Below are positions 53,346 to 64,000 of a stretch of 64,000 nucleotides of DNA, piece by piece (within the stretch, counting starts at the first letter, position 1; each line of letters opens with the position of its first letter). The notes under the pieces were generated by a model, which was not told the DNA's origin, did not search any database, and saw only the letters and a list, made by a program, of their open reading frames with translations. This DNA comes from Eledone cirrhosa. Lineage: Eukaryota. The position numbers were made by a program, and so were the translations under genes. Where the stretch lies: NCBI GenBank assembly GCA_964016885.1, contig OZ024752.1, positions 40,424,001 through 40,488,000 of the forward strand. The letters are read 5' to 3'.

Positions 53346-53744
53346 TACCCACAAGTATTGAGTACTTTAGTGCGTTATGGTCCACCTGGTTCCTTACCAC
53401 ATTTCCTTCGTTATATATATATATATATATATATATGCAAAAGTTCTATTTAAATTGTTGGGATACAACAAGCAAATATTTTTATAACTGATATAAAGCA
53501 CTCAACAAGTATTTGGAGTAAACATACGATATTAACAAATGGAAACTATATTTATAAAACCATATTTATTTCATTATAAATGGGACAACTCGCCTAACCC
53601 ATGCTAGCATGTTAAATGATGATGATGATGATGATGATGTGATAATTCCATTAACCCCAACCACTTTATTATATAGTTAGGTACAATGGTGAAGTACAGG
53701 CTCCTAGCCAATTTTTGAAAACTAGGATTTTTTTCAACACGCTG

Positions 53745-55452
53745 ACATGTATGTGTATGTGTGTATATGCATACATTTATATGTATGTGTGTATGTGTGT
53801 ATATGCATACATTTATATGTATGTGTGTATGTGTGTATGTGTGTATATTTATATGTATGTGTATGTGTGTATATGCATACATGTATATGTATGTGTGTAT
53901 GTGTGTATGCATACATGTATATGTATGTGTGTATGTGTGTATATGCATACATTTATATGTATGTGTGTATGTGTGTATATGCATACATTTATATGTATGT
54001 GTGTATGTGTGTATATGCATACATTTATATGTATGTGTGTATGTGTGTATGCATACATGTATATGTATGTGTGTATGTGTGTATATGCATACATTTATAT
54101 GTATGTGTGTATGTGCGTATGCATACATTTATATGTATGTATATATGTGTATATGCATACATTTATATGTATGTGTGTATGTGGCATATGCATACATTTA
54201 TATGTATGTGGTGGTATATGCATACATGTATATGTATGTGTGTATATGCATATGCATACATTTATATGTATGTGTGTATATGCATATGCATACATTTATA
54301 TGTATGTGTGTATGTGTGCATATGCATACATTTATATGTATGTGTGTATGTGCATATGCATACATTTATATATATGGTGTATGTGTGTATATGCATACAT
54401 TTATATATGTGGTATGTGCATATGCATACATTTATATGTATGTATGTGCATATGCATACATGTATACGTGTAAGTATTTAAATATAAACACGTAACAAAG
54501 ACATACTTACAAAAATACACACACAGACATACACACATTCACACAAACACACATACACATTCACACAAACACACACACACATTCACACAAACACACACAC
54601 ATTCACACAAACACACATACACATTCACACAAACACACACACACATTCACACAAACACACACACATTCACACAAACACACACACACATTCACACAAACAC
54701 ATTCACACAAACACACACACGCATTCACACAAACACACACACACACATTCACACAAACATTTACACACACACACACATTCACACAAACACACACACACAT
54801 TCACACAAACACACACACATTTAATGCCGTCTAACCCATGCTAGCGTGGAAAATGGATGTTAAACGAAGATGATGATGATGATGATTTACACAAGCACAC
54901 ACACACACACATTTACACAAACACACACATTCACACAAACAAAAACACACACACATTCACACAAGCACACACACATTTACACAAACACACACACACACAC
55001 ATTCACACAAACACACACATTTACTCACACACACACACACACATTCACACACACACACATTCACACCCACACAAACACACATTCTCACAAACACACACAT
55101 ACATTCACACAAACACACATGCATTCACACAAACACAAACACACACATTCACACAAACACATTCACACAAACACACACACACACATTCACACCTACACCC
55201 ACACACATTCACACAAACACACACATTCACACAAGCACACACATTCACACAAGCACACACACATTTACACAAACACACACACACACATTCACACAAACAC
55301 ACACATTCGCACAAAACACACACACACATTCACACAAACGCACACACACATTCACACAAACGCGCACACACATTCACACAAACACACAAACATTCACACA
55401 CACACACACATTCACACAAACATACGCACACATTCACATAAACACACACACA
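53745..55452. repeat. Compound microsatellite arrays (atgcatacatttatatgtatgtgt; cacattcacacaaa)
   Basis: Seen directly. Confidence 0.9.
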
Positions 55453-55508
55453 GATTGTGTGACAGAAGGACTGGATGCATGGAAGTCGCTTAAATTTATA
55501 TATATATG

Positions 55509-56205
55509 GCGGCACATGGCTTAGTGGTTAGAGCATTGGCCTTGCAATCGAAAGGTTGTGAGTTCAATTCTCAGACTGGGTGATGTGTTGTTTCCTTGAG
55601 CAAGACACTTTATTTCACATTGCTCCAGTTTACTCAGCTGTAGAAATGAGATGATAGGGACTGGCGTCCCTATCATTCCACTGCAAAGTGGTTGTGGGGG
55701 TGCCACGGCAAAAAAGCACCCAGCACTCATGTAAATGAGGTTGGCGTTAGGAAGGGCATCCAGCTGTAGAAATCAAGCCAGAATCAGTTCCCGTCCCACC
55801 CTTGCAAGCAGGGAAAAAGCGGACGTAAAATGAAATGATGATGATGATAAATGGAGTCACATGGCTTAGTGGTTAGAGCATTGGCCTTGCAATCGAAAGG
55901 TTATGAGTTCAATTCTCAGACCGGGTGATGTGTTGATTCCTTGAGCAAGACACTTTATTTCACATTGCTCCAGTTTACTCAGCTGTAGAAATGAGATGAT
56001 AGGGACTGGGGTCCATATCATTCCACTGCAAAGTGGTCGTGGAGGTGCCACAGCAAAAAAGCACCCAGCACTCACTGTAAATGAGGTTGGTGTTAGGAAG
56101 GGCATCCAGCTGTAGAAATCAAGCCAGAATCAGTTCCCGTCCCACCCTTGCAAGCAGGGAAAAAGCGGACGTAAAATGAAATGAAATGAAATGAAATGAA
56201 ATGAT
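55509..56205 (+). mobile_element. Two tandem full-length SINE family B copies
   Basis: Heads at about 55509 and 55854; tails (GAT)n and (GAAAT)n. Confidence 0.9.
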
Positions 56206-56799
56206 GAAAATGTGTACAGTTAATTTTAATAAATACCCGTATATATCTTCTATTTAATTTCACTGCTTTCATACAGGATGAATTTTCAGCATTCAAGAAC
56301 ATACCTAATTCTAAGAAACATCAAACCTAGCATTGGTTTCGTGGTAGATCAGCTATATTTTCCTTGTAGATCAACTATATTTTCTTCACCTGCAATGAAG
56401 GCTGTTTTGATGCTTGCTGTATCTTCTCAGTTCCCCTTTCCCTAATCTGTTTGGTATCAACCTTAATTAAATAATTATTATACAGCTGTGTACTGGATGC
56501 AACCATTTTTCTTATCTAATATAAAATTCATTATCTTGTCTGATTTACTTGGTTTCAACAAATATTTTGGTCATTTTTTTTCTTCTTCTCTTTCTTGTTG
56601 CTCACGAGAGGAAGGAAAGTTTTCATAATCTCTTAGATCTGGCTTAGAATGGTTGAGTAGAATGGTTGTAGAATGGTTGTAAGGTCTGTGGAATTATTAT
56701 TACTATCATTCCTGAAGTTTTGGATCTTACTAACGAGTGTAATGCATGACACAGTTTTAAGAGGTAAGATTAATTACACATATTATTGGCTATAGCTAT

Positions 56800-57155
56800 T
56801 GTTGAGTGTAACTTAATGTGTTGAGTGATTGACTATATTTACTGTTGAGTGTAACTTAATGTGTTGAGTGATTGACTATATTTACTGTCGAGTGTGACTT
56901 AATGTGATGAGTAATTGACTATATTTACTGTCGAGTGTGACTTAATGTGATGAGTGATTGACTATATTTACTGTCAAGTGTAACTTAATGTGATGAGTGA
57001 TTGACTATATTTACTGTTGAGTGTAACTTATGTGATAAGTGATTGACTATATTTACTGTCGAGTGTGACTTAATGTGATGAGTAATTGACTATATTTACT
57101 GTCGAGTGTGACTTAATATGATGAGTGAGTGACTATATTTACTGCCGAGTGTGAC
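56800..57155. repeat. 43-bp minisatellite (~8 units)
   Basis: Unit gagtgtaacttaatgtgatgagtgattgactatatttactgtc. Confidence 0.9.
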
Positions 57156-57399
57156 AAACCCCCAGCCTGTGAAGGACTTTTGTCTGGCCTGCCAACAGGT
57201 TTTAATCTTAGGCTAAGTGATCCCTGAGAAAATGCTCATAATTATTTTGGATTAGAATAGCGACGACATAACACATCTAACCACAAGACTCACTGAGCTG
57301 AATATAATTTTTTAATGTGACAGTAACAACCAATCAGACTCAGACTTAGACAGGATATAGTCAGACACCTTTGTCAAGATGACAGTGTTTGTGTATATA

Positions 57400-57584
57400 C
57401 CTCCAGCCCCACACTGTAAATGTGGTTGGTGTTAGGAAGGGCATCCAGCTGTAGAAAACCCGCCAGACAGTCCTATGCGAGCAAGACAATCACTCTTGCT
57501 TCAAGTGGGAAAACTCCCGTACAAACCCATGCAAGCGTGGAACATGGATGTTAAACGATGATGATGATGATGATGATGATGATA
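57400..57584 (+). mobile_element. Family C element 3' part
   Basis: ttaggaagggcatccagctgtagaaaacccgcc ... ggatgttaaacgatgatgatg. Confidence 0.8.
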
Positions 57585-57684
57585 GTATGTGTATAGCAGT
57601 GATGTGGATTGATCCAGACTTAACCTAAAAAGGTCAGCGTTTCTGGCATAGTTATTTCATTTGGGTTTGCTGTCTGGTAATAAA

Positions 57685-57744
57685 ACACACACACACGGAC
57701 ACACTCTCACGCTCTTTCTCTCTCACTCACACACTCACACACAG

Positions 57745-57843
<99 letters not shown>

Positions 57844-57861
57844 GGCACACACTCTCTCTCA

Positions 57862-57911
<50 letters not shown>

Positions 57912-58570
57912 CACTCTCTCTCTCTCACAAACACACACACACACACAAGCACACTCAATCTCACTCACCCCCTCTAACAAACACACACACAGGCACACAC
58001 ACACCCTCTCTCCCTCACAAACACACACAGGCACACACTCTCTCTCTCTCTCCCTCACACACACACACAGGCACACTCTCTCTCTCTCACACACACACAC
58101 ACACATACACAGGCACACACTCTATCTCACTCTCTCTCTCTCTCTCACAAACACACACAGGCACACACACACTCTCTCTCTCACAAACACACACACACAC
58201 AGGCACACACACTCTCTCTCTCTCACAACCCCCCCCCCACACACACACAGGCACACAGTCTCTCTCACTCTCTCTCTCTCACAACCCCCCCACACACAGG
58301 CACACAGTGTCTCTCTCACTCTCTCTCTCTCACACACACACACAGGCACACACTCTCTCTCCCTCACAAACACACACACACACAGGCACACACACACTCT
58401 CTCTCCCCCCTCTCACAAACACACACAGGCACTCTCTCTCTCACACACATGCACACACACTCTCTCCCCCCCCACACACACAGGCACACACTCTCTCTCA
58501 CTATATCTTTCTCTTTCATCCCCCCCCCCCACACACTCTCTCTTTCTCTCTCTCTCACACACACACACCA
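57685..58570. repeat. (CA)n/(CT)n compound array
   Basis: Seen directly. Confidence 0.9.
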
Positions 58571-58722
58571 AATGGTTTTAGTAGTGAAACTGTGTACCTC
58601 AGCTGTGTGTATTAAATAAGAGAAATGTAAGTTTGGGATGATTCATCTTTAACATATTTTCTATTGCATCAGCTACCACACCATTGTGGAGTCACTAAAA
58701 TACAACATCCTGCTTCTTTTAA

Positions 58723-59084
58723 TCATCATCATCATCACCATCATCATTATCATCATTTCATTTTACGTCCGCTTTTTCCCTGCTTGCTAGGGTGGGACGG
58801 GAATTGATTCTGGCTTGATTTCTACAGCTGGATGCCCTTCCTAACACCAACCTCATTTACAGTGAGTGCTGGGTGCTTTTTTGAGGTGGCACCTCCACGA
58901 CCACTTTGCAGTGGAATGATAGAGACCCCAGTCCCTATCATCTCATTTCTACAGCTGAGTAAACTGGAGCAATGTGAAATAAAGTGTCTTGCTCAAGGAA
59001 TCAACACATCACCCGGTCTGAGAATTGAACTCACAACCTTTCGATTGCAAGGCCAATGCTCTAACCACTAAGCCATGTGCCTCC
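58723..59084 (-). mobile_element. SINE family B, full length
   Basis: A and B boxes, CORE-like segment and RTE-type tail. Confidence 0.88.
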
Positions 59085-59424
59085 ACTGAGGCATATAATT
59101 GTTTCTACTTTTGGCACAAGGCCAGCAATTACCTCAGTACATTACTGGTACTTTATTTTATCGACCCTGTAAGGATGAAAGGCAAAGTTAACCTCGGCGG
59201 GATTTGAACTCAGAATGGCAAGGGCCGTAACTCAATGCGTCAAAGCATGGCATCCGACCCTCTACCGATACTGCCAATACACCACCCCTTATGTGTGTGT
59301 GAGAGAGAGAGTGTGTGTGTGTTTGTGAGTGCTGGAGCATTGTCTTCAAGATGTCAACTTCCTCTATATTCATTTATTATTTTGACAAAGGTTTAACATA
59401 TTTTTTAAAGTTAAACTCTCTCTC

Positions 59425-59457
<33 letters not shown>

Positions 59458-59497
59458 GCCTCTCTCTGCCTCTCTCTCTCTCTCTCTGCCTCTCTCT

Positions 59498-59531
<34 letters not shown>

Positions 59532-59638
59532 CTCTCTCTCTCTCTGCCTCCCTCTCTCCCTCCCTCTCTCCCTTCCCCCCTCTCTCTCTCTCTCCTCTCT
59601 GTCTCTCTGTCTCTCTCTCTCTCAGTCCCCCCCCCCCC

Positions 59639-59669
<31 letters not shown>

Positions 59670-59841
59670 GTATTAAGGATACTATTTATGGTTATGTATA
59701 TACTAAAACTTTTTATAGTTATATATATTTTAAACCCTAAACAGTGAAAGACAGTAATTTATTACTACCTTGATTACCGGCTTAAAGTGCTTGTATTGCA
59801 TATAACACCTTGCCGCACAATAATCATATATAAATAAGACG

Positions 59842-59860
59842 CACGTGCATGCCCCACGTG
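59842..59860. promoter_or_regulatory. Tandem CACGTG E-boxes with a 7-bp spacer
   Basis: CACGTG-catgccc-CACGTG in a unique, CpG-containing stretch. Function is inferred only. Confidence 0.25.
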
Positions 59861-60123
59861 TAACTATTGCATACAATAACTACTACAACTGACGAACAAA
59901 CTATCCTCTTGCATTATCTACGTTAACTGCCGATGTATTTTATAATGGATGTCACCCCACTGTGCATCAATATATACTTATGTATCTGTGTGTCTCTTGT
60001 GTTGGAAAGGAGGTCATGTATATAAACAAACATTGAAAAATTGCTCCAAAGACTCCAAACCTCGGTTTGGATGAAACAATTGTAAGCGAATAAATGCTTT
60101 GAACAGAACTTTGATTCATGTGA

Positions 60124-60159
<36 letters not shown>

Positions 60160-60436
60160 TATAATACCAAACAGCACCAGGCTTTAACACCACAAGAGTT
60201 TAACAGCCATAACATGTCATCTGACAAACATGTCAATTTCCCCTGTTAGTCATTTATATTTTGACAGGGTTCAACATTTTTTTTTTAAAGCAGGATCTGA
60301 TCAATTCTTTTCTTTTGTACTTTTACTGGTTTGTGACATTGGACTGGTCATGCTGGAGCATTGTCTTCAAGATGTCAACTTCCTCTATATTCATTTATAT
60401 TTTGACAAAGGTTTAACATATTTTTTAAACAAAGTT

Positions 60437-60548
<112 letters not shown>

Positions 60549-60987
60549 AGATGAGTATTTTTTCCATTTCTCCGAGGGTTCTTAACCCCACTATCAGGCT
60601 AAATAATTTCTTTAATTTCTTTAGTCAACATACGGCGATAGCTTATATTTCTAATTTCAAACCCGCTCGCTGTTTTGAAAATATTCTTACTTGATATATA
60701 TATATTGTAAGAAAAACATAAGGACAATATTTATTAGTAACTACACAACACCTTTGTTGATTTTAATTCATATATGTATATATATGTATATATAATGAAG
60801 GCTTGAGCTCTCCATCGGGGTCATACATTTTCCTCTCTCCCTATATATATATATCATCATCACTGTTTAACATTCATTTTTCCATGTTAGCATGAGTTAG
60901 ACGAGTTGTCCTGTTGACCATGTCTTGCTCATACAGAACAGATTTTGGCTTAGTTTCTACAGCTGGATGCCCTTTCTAATGCCAACC

Positions 60988-63900
60988 ACATTTTAGTGTG
61001 GACTGGGTGCTTTTTGTCGTTACACCTACAAGTCCATTTTAGTGTGGACTGGGTGCTTTTTGTCGTTACACCTACATGTCCATTTTAGTGTGGACTGGGT
61101 GCTTTTTGTCGTTACGCCTACATGTCCATTTTAGTGTGGACTGGGTGCTTTTTGTCGTTACGCCTACATGTCCATTTTAGTGTGGACTGGGTGCTTTTTT
61201 GTCGTTACACCTACATGTTCATTTTAGTGTGGACTGGGTGCTTTTTGTCGTTACACCTACATGTCCATTTTAGTGTGGACTGGGTGCTTTTTTGTCGTTA
61301 CACCTACATGTCCATTTTAGTGTGGACTGGGTGCTTTTTGTCGTTACGCCTACATGTTCATTTTAGTGTGGACTGGGTGCTTTTTTGTCGTTACACCTAC
61401 ATGTTCATTTTAGTGTGGACTGGGTGCTTTTTGTCGTTACACCTACATGTTCATTTTAGTGTGGACTGGGTGCTTTTTGTCGTTACACCTACATGTCCAT
61501 TTTAGTGTGGACTGGGTGCTTTTTGTCGTTACACCTACATGTCCATTTTAGTGTGGACTGGGTGCTTTTTGTCGTTACACCTACATGTCCATTTTAGTGT
61601 GGACTGGGTGCTTTTTGTCGTTACGCCTACATGTCCATTTTAGTGTGGACTGGGTGCTTTTTGTCGTTACGCCTACATGTCCATTTTAGTGTGGACTGGG
61701 TGCTTTTTGTCGTTACACCTACATGTCCATTTTAGTGTGGACTGGGTGCTTTTTGTCGTTACGCCTACATGTCCATTTTAGTGTGGACTGGGTGCTTTTT
61801 TGTCGTTACACCTACATGTTCATTTTAGTGTGGACTGGGTGCTTTTTGTCGTTACACCTACATGTTCATTTTAGTGTGGACTGGGTGCTTTTTTGTCGTT
61901 ACACCTACATGTCCATTTTAGTGTGGACTGGGTGCTTTTTGTCGTTACGCCTACATGTCCATTTTAGTGTGGACTGGGTGCTTTTTGTCGTTACGCCTAC
62001 ATGTCCATTTTAGTGTGGACTGGGTGCTTTTTTGTCGTTACACCTACATGTTCATTTTAGTGTGGACTGGGTGCTTTTTGTCGTTACACCTACATGTCCA
62101 TTTTAGTGTGGACTGGGTGCTTTTTTGTCGTTACACCTACATGTCCATTTTAGTGTGGACTGGGTGCTTTTTGTCGTTACGCCTACATGTTCATTTTAGT
62201 GTGGACTGGGTGCTTTTTGTCGTTACACCTACATGTTCATTTTAGTGTGGACTGGGTGCTTTTTGTCGTTACACCTACATGTTCATTTTAGTGTGGACTG
62301 GGTGCTTTTTGTCGTTACACCTACATGTCCATTTTAGTGTGGACTGGGTGCTTTTTGTCGTTACACCTACATGTCCATTTTAGTGTGGACTGGGTGCTTT
62401 TTGTCGTTACACCTACATGTCCATTTTAGTGTGGACTGGGTGCTTTTTGTCGTTACACCTACATGTCCATTTTAGTGTGGACTGGGTGCTTTTTGTCGTT
62501 ACACCTACATGTCCATTTTAGTGTGGACTGGGTGCTTTTTTGTCGTTACACCTACATGTCCATTTTAGTGTGGACTGGGTGCTTTTTTGTTGTGACACCT
62601 ACATGTCCATTTTAGTGTGGACTGGGTGCTTTTTTGTCGTTACGCCTACATGTCCATTTTAGTGTGGACTGGGTGCTTTTTGTCGTTACGCCTACATGTC
62701 CATTTTAGTGTGGACTGGGTGCTTTTTTGTCGTGACGCCTACATGTCCATTTTAGTGTGGACTGGGTGCTTTTTGCCGTTACACCTACATGTCCATTTTA
62801 GTGTGGACTGGGTGCTTTTTGCCGTTACACCTACATGTCCATTTTAGTGTGGACTGGGTGCTTTTTGTCGTTACACCTACATGTCCATTTTAGTGTGGAC
62901 TGGGTGCTTTTTGTTGTTACACCTACATGTCCATTTTAGTGTGGACTGGGTGCTTTTTTGTCGTTACACCTACATGTCCATTTTAGTGTGGACTGGGTGC
63001 TTTTTGTCGTTACGCCTACATGTTCATTTTAGTGTGGACTGGGTGCTTTTTTGTCGTTACACCTACATGTTCATTTTAGTGTGGACTGGGTGCTTTTTGT
63101 CGTTACACCTACATGTCCATTTTAGTGTGGACTGGGTGCTTTTTGTCGTTACACCTACATGTCCATTTTAGTGTGGACTGGGTGCTTTTTGTCGTTACAC
63201 CTACATGTCCATTTTAGTGTGGACTGGGTGCTTTTTGTCGTTACACCTACATGTCCATTTTAGTGTGGACTGGGTGCTTTTTGTCGTTACGCCTACATGT
63301 CCATTTTAGTGTGGACTGGGTGCTTTTTGTCGTTACTCCTACATGTCCATTTTAGTGTGGACTGGGTGCTTTTTGTCGTTACACCTACATGTCCATTTTA
63401 GTGTGGACTGGGTGCTTTTTGTCGTTACACCTACATGTCCATTTTAGTGTGGACTGGGTGCTTTTTTGTTGTGACACCTACATGTCCATTTTAGTGTGGA
63501 CTGGGTGCTTTTTGTCGTTACACCTACATGTCCATTTTAGTGTGGACTGGGTGCTTTTTTGTCGTTACACCTACATGTCCATTTTAGTGTGGACTGAGTG
63601 CTTTTTTGTCGTTACGCCTACATGTCCATTTTAGTGTGGACTGGGTGCTTTTTGTCGTTACGCCTACATGTCCATTTTAGTGTGGACTGGGTGCTTTTTT
63701 GTCGTTACACCTACATGTCCATTTTAGTGTGGACTGGGTGCTTTTTTGTCGTTACGCCTACATGTCCATTTTAGTGTGGACTGGGTGCTTTTTGTTGTTA
63801 CGCCTACATGTCCATTTTAGTGTGGACTGGGTGCTTTTTTGTCGTGACACCTACATGTCCATTTTAGTGTGGACTGGGTGCTTTTTGCCGTTACACCTAC

Positions 63901-64000
63901 ATGTCCATTTTAGTGTGGACTGGGTGCTTTTTGCCGTTACACCTACATGTCCATTTTAGTGTGGACTGGGTGCTTTTTGTCGTTACACCTACATGTTCAT
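60988..64000. repeat. 46/47-bp satellite (~65 units, runs off the window end)
   Basis: Unit ccattttagtgtggactgggtgctttttgtcgttacacctacatgt, starting directly from a (CAT)n-tailed element at 60855-60990. Confidence 0.95.

Noticed and set aside
55510-55580. tRNA gene (Cys-like anticodon loop ttgcaat)
   Set aside because: It is the SINE head: no proper acceptor stem, and it continues into the SINE body.

Overview
This is AT-rich, repeat-saturated metazoan DNA. The SINE types, the (CAT)n-tailed RTE elements and the microsatellite load suggest an octopus or other coleoid cephalopod genome (inference). I could not identify a confident host protein-coding gene; nearly all ORF-track entries are microsatellite or repeat translations. 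The window holds two tRNA-headed SINE families, RTE, Tx1/L1 and R4/Dong LINE fragments, piggyBac-, mariner-, pogo- and Helitron-like non-autonomous elements, and several tandem arrays grown from inside those elements. The main signal is ten type-I hammerhead ribozyme folds (CUGANGA...GAAA...NUH) from several sequence families, plus core-truncated remnants, mostly in or next to (TA)n tracts. Many sit back-to-back in long palindromes, with a nested cluster at about 49.1-51.7 kb. They are most likely Penelope-like (PLE) terminal repeats or retrozyme-like elements without an RT/GIY-YIG ORF in this window. Folds were read by eye and none was tested for activity.
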